A stretch of 64,000 bases of DNA from an uncultured bacterium. Its GTDB lineage: Bacteria > Cyanobacteriota > Vampirovibrionia > Gastranaerophilales > Gastranaerophilaceae. Location of the stretch: NCBI GenBank assembly GCA_947361225.1, contig CANAIK010000001.1:29054-93053 (forward strand), in the 5' to 3' direction. Under the pieces are notes generated by a model, which saw only the letters and a list, made by a program, of their open reading frames with translations, had not been told where the DNA came from and searched no databases. Position numbers and translations under genes: made by a program. Positions 9,510-20,179 of the stretch are shown here, piece after piece (the first letter of the stretch is position 1; each line of letters begins with the position of its first letter).

Positions 9510-11473
9510 TTTGCTTTTAAATACTCCAAAATTCCTTTAACAATTGAATCTGCGATTTCTTGTTGTCTTTGTTTGACTAACAACTTAGCAAGTTCTTTAT
9601 CATTTGAAATAAAGCCCATTTCAATTAGAATCGAAGGTGCTTCTGTATGATTTATAACATAAAAACGAGATTTTATCACACCTCTGTCTTTTGTTTGCCA
9701 TTTGTTGACATTTTTTTCACTTGCGAAATGTTTATGAATAGTTTGAGCTAATTTATAGCTGTCGTCTTTAAAGTAATGGGTTTCAAGTCCCATTGGATCT
9801 TTTGCTACGGTTGAATTTGTGTGAATGCTGACAAAAATATCAGGACTCAGCTCGTTGGAAAAATTAACTCTTTCTTCTAAACTCATTGAAACGTCTTTTG
9901 TTCTTGTCATATGAACATAAATGTTTTTCTTAATTAATTTATCATAAACCAATTTGGCAACGATTAAATTGAGTGTTTTTTCATAGTTTTTATTGTTAAC
10001 AGCCCCTGTGTCGGATCCTCCGTGTCCGGGGTCAATTACAACTTTTCTCATTGCGCTTATTGATAGGTTTTCTTTCTTTTTCTTTGGTTTTTCAACCTTT
10101 TTCTTATCTAAATCTTCTTCTTTTGGAATATAAACAATATTATTATTATCTTTTTTGGTTTCGATTTTCTCAATTTTTTCAACAACCACAGGTTTTTGTT
10201 CAACAACTTTGTTTTTAAAGCACAAAGTTATAGATTTTGCGTTTGATTCGACATTTGCATAGGAAAAATTCAAATTGCTAACAGGAATTATAAAACGGGT
10301 TTTGTCGTTGGAAATTTTCAAAGCCTCGATTTTTAAATCCTGGTTTTTTAGCATTTGTTCGAAAGCTCCAATATTATAATCGGATAAATTATCAATATCT
10401 AAATAAAAATTGTCGTTGAGCTCAAAAACGTTGTAAGCAACGGGTTTATCAAAGTTAATTGTAAAAAGCGTGTAATCGGTTTTTGTTTTATTTAACTTAT
10501 AAGATAAAGTTTTAGCAGGATTTGCACTAAAAGCAGTGTTTATAATAAAAGTTCTATCTGAAACAAAAAGGCTTTGTCCGTCGGGGGATACAATGTATCT
10601 AAAATCTTTATAATTCTCAGCCTTAAGAGTTAGTTTAATTTTTTTCTCGTTTAATCTTTCAATTGATAATGTTGCTTTTTGATTTGGAATATCATATGTT
10701 TTATTCTCGATTTTGTTTGATAAAACGGCATTATCAAGAATCAACTCCGCTTGTTTTAAGTCTTCTTTATAAATAATTCTTTGCATTGAAAGAGAGCCGA
10801 TTCCTCTTAAAATAAGCCCGTTGGACCCTTGAGTCACTCTTGATAACATATATTTAGCCTGAAGCTGAGGATTTATTTGGGTAACATTAGGATTGTCATT
10901 ATAGACTATTTTAGCGCTTGTATTCTGCAAAACTGCGCCTTTATCCCCGTCTCCGGTTGGAGTGTAGAATTTATATTGAATTGAGTTATCGATAATATTA
11001 GAATCATATTTAACTACAATATTTTTCCCGTTGGTGTAGGTTTTAAATAACGATAAATCGGCCTCGTCATATGCTTCAACTACAAATCTTACAATGTTTG
11101 GATTGATTGAGAATTGGGACAATCGAATATTTTTAATTTTTTTAGAATTATTGTATTCATAACTTCTTTTAGGACCAATCAAAGTAGCATTTGGAATATC
11201 AATAACATATCTTTTAGGATTTGTAAGTGTTGAAGTTGTAATAGCGTTGGTATTAGTAATACTATTAATAATGCTAATCGTATTTGTTTTTGTATCTGCT
11301 ACGGGAATATAAAAAGAACTCTGGGTTTTGTAGTTTCCTATTCCTTTAATAAGAATCATTCTATCCGAGTTGTCGATTGTTAAATTGTGGATTTTAAGTT
11401 CGGCAAAACAAGCACTGTTCAAGCACAATGCCCAAAAAAAGATTATAATTGTTGTTAATCTTAATAAAAACAA
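9506..11473 (-). CDS. N-acetylmuramoyl-L-alanine amidase (AmiC-like) with long N-terminal AMIN-like region
   Basis: 655 aa with a signal peptide. C-terminal VVIDPGHGGSDTGAV ... SIHTNS ... PSILIEMGFISN are Amidase_3 motifs. 4-nt overlap with murI. Confidence 0.85.
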   Translation of the reverse strand: MFLLRLTTIIIFFWALCLNSACFAELKIHNLTIDNSDRMILIKGIGNYKTQSSFYIPVADTKTNTISIINSITNTNAITTSTLTNPKRYVIDIPNATLIGPKRSYEYNNSKKIKNIRLSQFSINPNIVRFVVEAYDEADLSLFKTYTNGKNIVVKYDSNIIDNSIQYKFYTPTGDGDKGAVLQNTSAKIVYNDNPNVTQINPQLQAKYMLSRVTQGSNGLILRGIGSLSMQRIIYKEDLKQAELILDNAVLSNKIENKTYDIPNQKATLSIERLNEKKIKLTLKAENYKDFRYIVSPDGQSLFVSDRTFIINTAFSANPAKTLSYKLNKTKTDYTLFTINFDKPVAYNVFELNDNFYLDIDNLSDYNIGAFEQMLKNQDLKIEALKISNDKTRFIIPVSNLNFSYANVESNAKSITLCFKNKVVEQKPVVVEKIEKIETKKDNNNIVYIPKEEDLDKKKVEKPKKKKENLSISAMRKVVIDPGHGGSDTGAVNNKNYEKTLNLIVAKLVYDKLIKKNIYVHMTRTKDVSMSLEERVNFSNELSPDIFVSIHTNSTVAKDPMGLETHYFKDDSYKLAQTIHKHFASEKNVNKWQTKDRGVIKSRFYVINHTEAPSILIEMGFISNDKELAKLLVKQRQQEIADSIVKGILEYLKAK

Positions 11474-11601
11474 TGTTTTTCCTCTTTTTTTAATTCTAGC
11501 ACTAATTATAAATTATTTTCTAATACGGATTGTTGAATTTTAGTATAAATTTTTATTAATTATTTTTTGACTTTTTTTAACAACCCTAGTAACATTGATT
11601 T

Positions 11602-12471
11602 ATGGATAAAAATAAAAATTTAGTAGCATATTTATTCCTAATTCCTGCGTTTGTTTTTTTAGTGGTATTTTTTTTCCTGCCATTTATCCAAACAATTAAT
11701 TTGAGTTTTTATGATTATTCAAAAGATATTTACAGCCCTGTTTTTGTGGGTTTTGACAATTATTTAAACGTTATTAAATCTCCCCTGTTTTTAAAAACAA
11801 TCCTTAATACTTTTTTCTTCTTAATTCTTTGTGTGCCTTTTTTGGTTGTTTTTCCTTTATTTTTGGCGATTTTATTAAACCAAAAAATAATTCTTAAAAA
11901 TTTCTACAAACTTATTATTTATCTGCCCGTTGTAATTTCAATTGTCGTTGTGGCGATTGCTTTTAAGTGGCTTTATGCGCCAAAAGGGCTTTTTAATTAT
12001 TTTCTCAATTTATTGCATCTTCCTTCGATTGGCTGGTTGTACAATCCTAAGTTTTCAATGATTGCAGTTTCTTTAGTAACCATTTTTAAAGGCGTCGGAT
12101 ATTATATGATGATTTATTTGGGAGCATTAATCGGCGTCCCTCAGGAATTATATGAGGCAGCTGAAGTTGACGGAGCCACGGGATTAAAAAAACATATGCT
12201 GGTTACAATTCCCCATATTGCGCCTGTTGTAGCTTTAATCAGCACAATAAGTTCAATTTCTGCCCTCAAGGTTTTTGTTGAAATTTACGTTATGACAAGG
12301 GGCGGTCCTTTGGATTCAACCAAAACAATCGTTTATTATATTTATGAAAAAGCTTTTGAAAACCTTGATTTAGGGATTGCGTCAAGTGCCTCCGTAATTC
12401 TTTTAATAATAGTTTTGGTTTTTTCAATAATCAATATTTTTGTGTTTGAGAGGGATAAATATAGAATATGA
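11602..12471 (+). CDS. Carbohydrate ABC transporter permease (MalF/UgpA-like)
   Basis: 289 aa with 6 TM segments. EAAEVDGATGLKKHMLVTIP is the EAA loop. Confidence 0.85.
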   Translation: MDKNKNLVAYLFLIPAFVFLVVFFFLPFIQTINLSFYDYSKDIYSPVFVGFDNYLNVIKSPLFLKTILNTFFFLILCVPFLVVFPLFLAILLNQKIILKNFYKLIIYLPVVISIVVVAIAFKWLYAPKGLFNYFLNLLHLPSIGWLYNPKFSMIAVSLVTIFKGVGYYMMIYLGALIGVPQELYEAAEVDGATGLKKHMLVTIPHIAPVVALISTISSISALKVFVEIYVMTRGGPLDSTKTIVYYIYEKAFENLDLGIASSASVILLIIVLVFSIINIFVFERDKYRI

Positions 12472-13304
12472 GAATAAAAAATTTATTTATTCATTTAATT
12501 TTAATCCTTGTTTGTATTTTATCATTAATTCCTTTTTTGTGGTTATTATCAACTGCGCTCAAGGGAAGAACCGAGAATATTTTTGCTTATCCTCCTGTTT
12601 TTATCCCCCAGGATTTGACTTTTGATAATTTCCGGCAAGTTTTAAATCTTGTTCCAATAATTCGATATGCAATTAATAGTTTTATAGTTTCTTTTATAAC
12701 CGTAATCCTAAATGTTGTTTTATCGGCGCTGGCTGCTTATCCTTTAGCAAGAATGAATTTTTTCGGCAAAAAAGTAATGTTTTTTGCGATTCTAGCTACA
12801 ATAATGGTTCCTTTTCAAGCAATAATGCTCCCAAGTTATATAATCACCCTAAAACTTCATTTGGTTGATACTTACGGGCTTGCAATGGGATATTTAGGGT
12901 TAATTGCGCCTTTTGCAGTTAATGCGTTTGGAATATTTTTATTGCGCTCCGCTTTTTTAACAATCCCAAGAGAAATCGAACAAAGTGCCGTAATTGACGG
13001 ATGCAATTCATTTCAAATATTCTTTAAACTTCTTCTTCCTATGATTAAACCTCAAGTTGCGCTTTTGGCAATTTTTACCTTTATTGGTTCCTGGGGTGAG
13101 TTTTTATGGCCCAGCATTGTTTTAACCAATGAAAAATTATTCACCCTGCCTGTTGGGATAAATAATTTATCAAGTGCCTTTAGCTCCGATTATAGACTGG
13201 TTGCGGCAGGTTCTATAATTTCCGTTGTTCCGATTCTAATTTTCTTTTTATCATTACAAAAATATTTTATCCAAAATTCAACAGACGGAGCTGTTAAAGG
13301 ATAA
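12468..13304 (+). CDS. Carbohydrate ABC transporter permease (MalG/UgpE-like)
   Basis: 278 aa with 6 TM segments. EQSAVIDGCNSFQIFFKLLLPMIKP is the EAA-type loop. 4-nt overlap with the upstream permease. Confidence 0.85.
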   Translation: MRIKNLFIHLILILVCILSLIPFLWLLSTALKGRTENIFAYPPVFIPQDLTFDNFRQVLNLVPIIRYAINSFIVSFITVILNVVLSALAAYPLARMNFFGKKVMFFAILATIMVPFQAIMLPSYIITLKLHLVDTYGLAMGYLGLIAPFAVNAFGIFLLRSAFLTIPREIEQSAVIDGCNSFQIFFKLLLPMIKPQVALLAIFTFIGSWGEFLWPSIVLTNEKLFTLPVGINNLSSAFSSDYRLVAAGSIISVVPILIFFLSLQKYFIQNSTDGAVKG

Positions 13305-13350
13305 AAATAGGGAATTCTGTAAAAAATTATTGGTTAAAAATAGTTAAACC

Positions 13351-13470
13351 TGTCATGCTGAACTTGTTTCAGCATCTGAAAATTGGTAAGATGCGAAAAC
13401 ACCTGCACAGGAACAAAAAATTACGTCTCGATGAATCTCGACTTATTTTCTTAGTCAGTTCAGCAAGACA
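13351..13470. repeat. MITE-like 120-bp element with 13-nt terminal inverted repeats
   Basis: TGTCATGCTGAAC at 13351-13363 versus GTTCAGCAAGACA at 13458-13470 (12 of 13 complementary). Internal 8-bp hairpin ATGCTGAA/TTCAGCAT at 13355-13375. Non-coding. Confidence 0.35.
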
Positions 13471-13481
13471 TTATGATTAAA

Positions 13482-13874
13482 TTATTTTTCGTCGTCTTCG
13501 TTGTACCACATAATTTCACAAGAATAAGCAGGAGCATCTAACAATGCGCCATATTTTGTGTAAGTGATATTTTTTTGATTCTCAGTTTTAGGAGTCAATA
13601 AACGACCCGCAAAACTTAAGCCCAGAGCAATTAATGCCCCAAAACCGCTGTATTTAAGAATTGATCTGCTTTCTCCTCTTGCGTTCATTTTAGAGGAAGA
13701 TAAAAAACAATCTTTCGAGTTTTTATTATAGATTGCTTGGAATTCTTCTTTAGTTGGGATAATATATCTTAAACCCGCTCCCAATGCACCACCGGCTGCG
13801 CTCATAAGAACAGTCTTTTTTGTGTTCTTATGTTCGTTATGTGGTTTAATTGTCGAAACTGCACTAAGAGTCAT
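13482..13874 (-). CDS. Hypothetical small membrane protein
   Basis: 130-aa ORF with two Gly/Ala-rich hydrophobic segments. TTGACA-17-TATAGT promoter lies about 130 nt upstream. Confidence 0.45.
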   Translation of the reverse strand: MTLSAVSTIKPHNEHKNTKKTVLMSAAGGALGAGLRYIIPTKEEFQAIYNKNSKDCFLSSSKMNARGESRSILKYSGFGALIALGLSFAGRLLTPKTENQKNITYTKYGALLDAPAYSCEIMWYNEDDEK

Positions 13875-14029
13875 TTTTCTACTTTCTACACAATTTTAAT
13901 GCCTAATACAAAGGCATTTTCTCTCTTCAAGGCAAAAAAAAATTATATTTCGCCTAAAAAATTTGAACCTAACCGATTTCTCAAATTTTTTCTACTATAC
14001 CATATAATTTTTTTTGTGTCAAGCGTTTT

Positions 14030-14743
14030 TTAAAAATTATTTTTTAATTTATAGTAAAAATTATTAAAACCAATAACAAAAGGATTTAGGACAATATATC
14101 CCAAAGCTCCGATTACAGGAATTATATTGGCAATTAAACTTTTTAATCCGTTGAGTCCGAAGGCAACTAAAAAACCCTTAAAACCGGTTTTTGAGAAACA
14201 ATTTATAAAAAGTTTAAAGAAATTTTCTTCTTTTTTTCGATAATAAAAAGCCTGATAAGAAAAATTCGAGAATTGAAGCAAAACTAGCGCTAGAACCACA
14301 ACAAACAACAAAAATAAAAACGCAAACTGGAAAATATAGTCAAGTTCCTTTCCAATATAAATTTTCCCTAAGATAATTAAAGGAATAAAATAAATACAAA
14401 GATTAATAACGCAACAAAAACAAACCCAAAGCCCAAGAGCGTTTTCATCTTCTTTAACTTCAAGGAGTGCTTGTTTTAGGGTTTTTTCTTCTTTGTTATA
14501 AAAAGCTTGAGCGCAAATATTTAAAGAATAGTTAATAACAATCCCCTTCCAGAACGAATAGAAGAAAAAAGGAAGGGACAAAAGTCCGATTAAGACAATT
14601 TTTTTATCAAGGAACATTAAAAAAAAGAAAACAAATCCTAAAACCCCCGCTAAAAAAGGTTTTAAAAAAACCAGAATGTATTCTTGAATATATTTAATAA
14701 AAAAATTTCCCGATAACTTAAAAATTTCTGTTATTTCTTTCAT
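14030..14743 (-). CDS. Hypothetical polytopic membrane protein
   Basis: 237-aa ORF with multiple hydrophobic helices. No recognised motif. Confidence 0.5.
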   Translation of the reverse strand: MKEITEIFKLSGNFFIKYIQEYILVFLKPFLAGVLGFVFFFLMFLDKKIVLIGLLSLPFFFYSFWKGIVINYSLNICAQAFYNKEEKTLKQALLEVKEDENALGLWVCFCCVINLCIYFIPLIILGKIYIGKELDYIFQFAFLFLLFVVVLALVLLQFSNFSYQAFYYRKKEENFFKLFINCFSKTGFKGFLVAFGLNGLKSLIANIIPVIGALGYIVLNPFVIGFNNFYYKLKNNF

Positions 14744-14763
14744 TCTTCAACTATACTATAGTT

Positions 14764-15387
14764 ATGGATATTAAGCAATTAATTAAAACTTTTAAAGAAG
14801 AGGATTTTTATAATTCAGTCAATCTTCATATTCATTCTAATTATTCAGATGGAATAGAAGATTTCGATTCTTTGGTTGAACAGGCAAAAAAACTTGGAAT
14901 GAAATATATTTCAATAACCGACCACAACTCGGTTCTAGGTTACAAAAACTCGAAATATAAATTTGATTCAATTCTAATCCCGGGTGTTGAATTTGATTGT
15001 TTTTTTAGAGGTTCGCCCTTACATATTCTGGGTTTAGGAATCGATTTTAATAATGCGCAAATAAATAAATTATGCAGCAAGGAAAAAAATGATTTTATAA
15101 GACTTTTTCAATCAAGACACCCGAAAAAAGTAATTGAAGCGATTCACGACGCAAAAGGGGTTGCAATTCTTGCTCATCCTTGCTGTTCTTTTGTAATTAA
15201 TTTAAAAGATTACATAGGTCAATTAAAAAAATTAGGATTAGACGGAGTTGAAATCTATTATCCTTATGAAAGATTGAGGGGTTTTGTGAAATTCTCAAGC
15301 AGGGAATATCCTAAAAAAATTACAAAAGAACTTTGTTTATTGGAAACAGGCGGATCGGACGAGCATTCAAAATTAATTAAGGATTAG
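14764..15387 (+). CDS. PHP-domain phosphoesterase
   Basis: NLHIHSNYSDG and ITDHNSV metal-binding motifs of the PHP family. Confidence 0.75.
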   Translation: MDIKQLIKTFKEEDFYNSVNLHIHSNYSDGIEDFDSLVEQAKKLGMKYISITDHNSVLGYKNSKYKFDSILIPGVEFDCFFRGSPLHILGLGIDFNNAQINKLCSKEKNDFIRLFQSRHPKKVIEAIHDAKGVAILAHPCCSFVINLKDYIGQLKKLGLDGVEIYYPYERLRGFVKFSSREYPKKITKELCLLETGGSDEHSKLIKD

Positions 15388-15526
15388 GTTTTTCAATCCA
15401 AATATAAGTCTGCTCCCAGATGGATTTAAAGGGATTGTAGCTAAAATCTTTACTTAAAAAAGGATTGAGCGCTTTTTTATCATATTTTTTTGTTTTATTT
15501 AATAACATTCTAACAATTTTTTTCAT
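15377..15526 (-). CDS. Possible 49-aa small protein
   Basis: Below the ORF-track cutoff. ATG is preceded by GGAGG at 8-nt spacing. MKKIVRMLLNKTKKYDKKALNPFLSKDFSYNPFKSIWEQTYIWIEKPNP. Converges on and overlaps the PHP gene by 11 nt. Confidence 0.3.
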   Translation of the reverse strand: MKKIVRMLLNKTKKYDKKALNPFLSKDFSYNPFKSIWEQTYIWIEKPNP

Positions 15527-15626
15527 AAACTAAACCTCCGCTATAAGGAATTAATTTTATTATCTCAATTTTGGATTTTTTTAAATTAGCTGAATGGTTA
15601 ATCCCTGTTTTATCTGTTTGGAGTGG

Positions 15627-15655
15627 TTGACTTTTAAGGTTTAGAACGATAAAAT
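15627..15655 (+). promoter_or_regulatory. Sigma-70-type promoter for the RND operon
   Basis: TTGACT (15627-15632), 17-nt spacer, TAAAAT (15650-15655). Confidence 0.5.
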
Positions 15656-15751
15656 ACAAATCGGCTACATAATTTGTATGATTATTATTTTTATAATCAA
15701 AATGTTTATGATAGAATGTGGCTGATTGGACTTTGGAGAGGGTCTACAAAT

Positions 15752-16894
15752 ATGAAAAAAATTCTTATTATAACATTCACTATAATTGTGTCTTTAGTTT
15801 TGGTTCGATATTCATTAACCAAATACGGTGAATCATCAAGAGCAAAAGCCTTAAAAGCGGCTTCGGTTCCTGTAGTTCAACTTGATAGTGTTAAAGAAAT
15901 TAAGGTTGCTAAATCAATTGAAATCCCAGGAAGGGTTCAATCTCAAGATAAAGTTGAACTAATCGCCAGAATTGACGGGTATTTGCAAAAAAAACACTTT
16001 AAGGAAGGTGATTTTGTAAAAAAAGGTCAAATTCTATTTACAATCGAACAAACTCAGTATTTAAACGCTTTAAATAAAGCCTCCGCTGACCTACAGAACG
16101 CTAAAGCTGTTTTGTACAAAGCAACAAAAGATTATGAAAGAGGGACGGAGCTTGTTAAGAAGGATTTTATTTCAAAATCTACTTATGATGGTTTATACGC
16201 TGATAAAATGGCGGCACTTGCCTCTGTTAAGGCAGCGAATGCAGCTTATGCCGAGGCGAAGAGAAATTATGGTTATACAACAATAAAATCACCCGTGGAC
16301 GGAAAAATCGGATCTTTAGATATCCAAGAAGGGAACTATGTTTCCTCTCAATCGGGAAAACTTGCAACAGTTACTAAAACAAACCCGATTTTTGTTAAAT
16401 ATAGCGTTGATTCAAAACAATTCGACGAATTGCGCTCTTTGGATTTTATTCCTAAAAAAGGCGCTGAACAAATTAAAGTCGATGTAATATTACCAAGCGG
16501 CAAATTGTATCCGATTAAAGGAGTTCAAGACTTTTTTGACAACGAAATTTCAACCACAACAGGAACAATCGATTTTAGAGCAACATTTGACAACCAAGAC
16601 AACACTTTAATCCCCGGGGATTTTGTTAAGGTTAAGGTTTATTCCAATCAAAAAAATGATTGTTTGGTTGTAGAACAAGATTACACCCTTCAGGATTCAA
16701 GAGGGAAATATGTTTATGTTGTGGGTCCTGATAATACCGTCCAAACCAAGTATTTTAAAGACAAAGGTCAATATGAAAAATATTGGATAGTGGAATCAGG
16801 CTTGGATAAAGGGGATAAATATATCGCAACTAATTTAACTAAGTTAATGCCGAAAATGCCTGTGAAAATAGGCGAAACACCACTGGAGAAATAA
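15752..16894 (+). CDS. RND efflux periplasmic adaptor (membrane fusion protein)
   Basis: AcrA-like. Internal start MKKILIITF (signal/anchor) is preferred over the track start at 15674. Contains lipoyl and beta-barrel motifs (PVDGKIGSLDIQEGNYV). Confidence 0.85.
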   Translation: MKKILIITFTIIVSLVLVRYSLTKYGESSRAKALKAASVPVVQLDSVKEIKVAKSIEIPGRVQSQDKVELIARIDGYLQKKHFKEGDFVKKGQILFTIEQTQYLNALNKASADLQNAKAVLYKATKDYERGTELVKKDFISKSTYDGLYADKMAALASVKAANAAYAEAKRNYGYTTIKSPVDGKIGSLDIQEGNYVSSQSGKLATVTKTNPIFVKYSVDSKQFDELRSLDFIPKKGAEQIKVDVILPSGKLYPIKGVQDFFDNEISTTTGTIDFRATFDNQDNTLIPGDFVKVKVYSNQKNDCLVVEQDYTLQDSRGKYVYVVGPDNTVQTKYFKDKGQYEKYWIVESGLDKGDKYIATNLTKLMPKMPVKIGETPLEK

Positions 16895-19800
16895 ATGTTT
16901 TCAAAATTTTTCATAGAACGACCAAGATTTGCTTTTGTAATATCAATTGTAATTATCCTTGTGGGCTTAATTGCAATGAAAGTTTTGCCCCTAGAGGAAT
17001 ATCCCACAATTACACCTCCTCAGGTAACAGTTAGTGCAACTTACACAGGAGCAAGTTCCGACGTTATAGAATCCACAGTAGCTGCACCTATTGAATCAGC
17101 TGTTAACGGGGTTGAGCGTATGCTTTATATGACTTCGGATTCAAAAGACGGATCTTATCGATTAACAATTTATTTCGAAGTCGGATCTGATCCTGATATG
17201 AATGTTGTTAACGTTCAGAATAAAGTTTCTTTGGTTACTTCAAGATTGCCTTCGGATGTTTCAAGATACGGTTTAACCGTAAAACAGAACACCGGTGGCG
17301 GGGGATTATTGTATTACGGGATTTATTCTCCCGATGAAACCGTCGATTTGGTAACTTTATCCAATTACGCTTCAATTTTCCTTAAAGATGAACTTGCTCG
17401 TATTAATGGCGTTGCTGAAGTTCAGGTTTTTGGCGGAAAAGATTATTCAATGAGGGTTTGGTTAGATAGTCAAAAAATGGCTACTTTAAATGTTTCACCA
17501 ACCGAGGTTTCGGCTGCGATTAATGCTCAAAATGCTCAAATTTCAGCAGGGGCATTGGGTACAGAACCTTTAATTAACAAACCCGATATGGCAATTACTC
17601 TAAAAACCAAGGGACGATTAAAAAGCAAAGAAGAATTCGAGAATATTATTATAAGATCGCAACCAAATGCCCAGGCTATTCGATTAAAAGATATTGCGAA
17701 AGTTGAACTTGCAGGGGAAAGTTACATTACAGACGGGAAAGTAGATAATAAATCCGTTGCGGTTATGTCCGTAGCGCAATTGTCATACGCTAATTCAATC
17801 GATGTTGCTAATAAATGCAACAAAAGAATGGAAGAATTGTCAAAATCCTTCCCACAAGGAATCTCTTATTCTGTTTTTTATAACGCAACTGATTCGGTTA
17901 AAGATTCTTTATCCGAAGTTATTAAAGCGATAGTTCTTGCCGTGTTTATTGTTGTTGCAACGGTTTATTTGTTCTTAGGAGATGTTAGAGCAAGTATTGT
18001 TCCTTTTTGCGCAATTCCTGTATCTTTAATCGGAACTTTTGCGGCTTTTGCCGCATTTGGGTTCTCAATTAACACCCTAACCCTATTCGGGCTGGTTTTA
18101 GCCGTAGGGACGGTAGTTGATGATGCTATTGTTGTTGTTGAGAACGTTCAAAGACATATTGAGCTTGGATTAAAACCAAAAGAGGCAGCTTTAATTTCTA
18201 TGGAGGAAGTTTCAAGTGCCGTTGTTGCAACGTCTTTAGTGTTAATGGCGGTTTTTGTTCCTGTTGCTTTTATTCCCGGGATTACAGGGAAAATGTATCA
18301 GCAATTTGCAATTACAATCGCTGTATCAGTAGGTCTTTCAACAGTTATGGCATTAACTTTAGCTCCTGCTTTATGCTCAATTTTCTTAAGGAGCAAAGAA
18401 GATCTTCCCAAAAGAAGTTTTTATGAAAAATATCGCCAATTATACCGTGATTATTGGGCGGATAAAAAAGATTTAAGAGGAATTGAAAGATTAAAGGCGC
18501 AAGGAGAATTCCTTGCTTATGGCTGGGATGTTTCCTTAAAAAAATTCGACAGAGCCTTCGATAGAACAAAAAACGCTTATTTGGAAGGTTCAAGATACTT
18601 TATCGAAGCTCCCAAAAGAACTGCAATTACTTTTGTTGTTCTAATTCTGTTTTTAATTGGAATGTTTAAGTTAATTCCAACAGGATTTTTACCCACAGAA
18701 GATACAGGTGCGATTTTTACCAATATTCAGCTTAAAGACGGCTCATCGTTAGCTAAAACCAATGAATTAACCCACAATTTTACAAATGATTTGTTGAATA
18801 CTCCGGGGGTAAAAAGTGTTTTAGCGCTCAACGGATTTAGCGGACAAAATACGGCAATTATGATTTCTCAATTGGAAAATTGGGAAGAAAGGCTGCACCC
18901 CGGGTTTTTCAAGTCTTTGTTTATGTCTAGGGAAGAAAAATTCGAAAGCAAAAAAGAATTGAACGATATTCTTAATAACGCAGCAGCAATTGCAAAAAAA
19001 TATCCCAATGCGAGTATTTTTTCTTTTGTTCCTCCCGCAATTTCAGGTTTAAGTATGTTTGGAGGATTCGAATATCAGCTTTTGGACAAAGGTCAAAGAA
19101 CTCCCGAGGAACTTCACAAAGAGGCGAAAAAACTTATTCTTGCAGCGAATCAGAATCCTAAGTTAATGAATGTTTTTACTCAATATAATTCCCAAACTCC
19201 TCAATTAATGATTAATATTGATTTTGAAAAAATCCTGGCTCAAGGAATTGATATAAATGACGTTTATACGGCTTTATCAAGTCAATTCGGGACATATTAC
19301 GTAAACGACTTTAACCTTTATGGTCGTGTTTTTAGGGTTATGATGTCAGCTCAGGAACAATATCGTTCCTCCTTAAGTTCGATTGATAAGGTTTATGTTA
19401 AAACTGCAAGTGGAAAATCCGCTCCCCTGTCGACTTTGATTCGAATTGAACCTGTTGTCGGTCCTTATGATATTACAAGATTCAATATGTATAAATCTAT
19501 CCAAATTCAGGGAAGTCCTGCTAAAGGACAATCTTCGGGGGATGCAATTAAGGAAATGGAAAAATTATCAACTCAAATATTGCCTAATGACATTGGATTC
19601 TCTTGGTCCGGAACATCTTTACAAGAACTTGAATCTCAGGGACAGACAACCGTTGTCCTTGTAATGTCTTTAATTTTTGTTTATTTGTTCTTGGTTGCTT
19701 TGTATGAAAGCTGGATGCTGCCTGTGGGGGTTATGTTAATTGCTCCTATTGCAATGTTAGGGGCGGTGTTATTCCAGTATTTGTGGGGTCAATCTTTAGA

Positions 19801-20179
19801 TTTATACGCTCAAATCGGACTTATTATGCTTATCGGGTTGGCTGCAAAACAGGCGATTTTGATTATTGAATTCGCTAAAACTGAACACGAAGAAAGCGGA
19901 CTATCAATAATAGAGGCGGCTATGAAAGCGGCAAATATTCGTTTTCGTGCTGTTATGATGACGGTTTTAGCGTTCATTTTCGGGATTCTTCCTCTTGTTT
20001 TTGCCGTTGGACCCGGGTCGCAATCAAGAAAATCCCTTGGTGTAACAGTATTTGGAGGCATGGTTGCAGCCGCAATCGTTGGTACAATCTTAGTTCCTGC
20101 TTTTTATGTAATAATTCAAAAATTAAGAGAAGACACAAAAAAAAGATGGCATAATAAAAGTAAGGAGGAAAATAAGTGA
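16895..20179 (+). CDS. RND multidrug efflux permease (AcrB/HAE1-like)
   Basis: 1094 aa. [26 protein letters not shown]-terminus, 12-TM architecture, [15 protein letters not shown] motif. Confidence 0.95.
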   Translation: MFSKFFIERPRFAFVISIVIILVGLIAMKVLPLEEYPTITPPQVTVSATYTGASSDVIESTVAAPIESAVNGVERMLYMTSDSKDGSYRLTIYFEVGSDPDMNVVNVQNKVSLVTSRLPSDVSRYGLTVKQNTGGGGLLYYGIYSPDETVDLVTLSNYASIFLKDELARINGVAEVQVFGGKDYSMRVWLDSQKMATLNVSPTEVSAAINAQNAQISAGALGTEPLINKPDMAITLKTKGRLKSKEEFENIIIRSQPNAQAIRLKDIAKVELAGESYITDGKVDNKSVAVMSVAQLSYANSIDVANKCNKRMEELSKSFPQGISYSVFYNATDSVKDSLSEVIKAIVLAVFIVVATVYLFLGDVRASIVPFCAIPVSLIGTFAAFAAFGFSINTLTLFGLVLAVGTVVDDAIVVVENVQRHIELGLKPKEAALISMEEVSSAVVATSLVLMAVFVPVAFIPGITGKMYQQFAITIAVSVGLSTVMALTLAPALCSIFLRSKEDLPKRSFYEKYRQLYRDYWADKKDLRGIERLKAQGEFLAYGWDVSLKKFDRAFDRTKNAYLEGSRYFIEAPKRTAITFVVLILFLIGMFKLIPTGFLPTEDTGAIFTNIQLKDGSSLAKTNELTHNFTNDLLNTPGVKSVLALNGFSGQNTAIMISQLENWEERLHPGFFKSLFMSREEKFESKKELNDILNNAAAIAKKYPNASIFSFVPPAISGLSMFGGFEYQLLDKGQRTPEELHKEAKKLILAANQNPKLMNVFTQYNSQTPQLMINIDFEKILAQGIDINDVYTALSSQFGTYYVNDFNLYGRVFRVMMSAQEQYRSSLSSIDKVYVKTASGKSAPLSTLIRIEPVVGPYDITRFNMYKSIQIQGSPAKGQSSGDAIKEMEKLSTQILPNDIGFSWSGTSLQELESQGQTTVVLVMSLIFVYLFLVALYESWMLPVGVMLIAPIAMLGAVLFQYLWGQSLDLYAQIGLIMLIGLAAKQAILIIEFAKTEHEESGLSIIEAAMKAANIRFRAVMMTVLAFIFGILPLVFAVGPGSQSRKSLGVTVFGGMVAAAIVGTILVPAFYVIIQKLREDTKKRWHNKSKEENK

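Noticed and set aside
12440-12625. 61-aa ORF overlapping the junction of the two ABC permease genes
   Set aside because: It is out of frame with both permease CDSs, which are well supported and translationally coupled.
15674-15751. Upstream extension of the RND adaptor ORF (MYDYYFYNQ...)
   Set aside because: The predicted promoter ends at 15655, leaving only about 18 nt before the 15674 start. The internal MKKILIITF start gives a normal signal/anchor.
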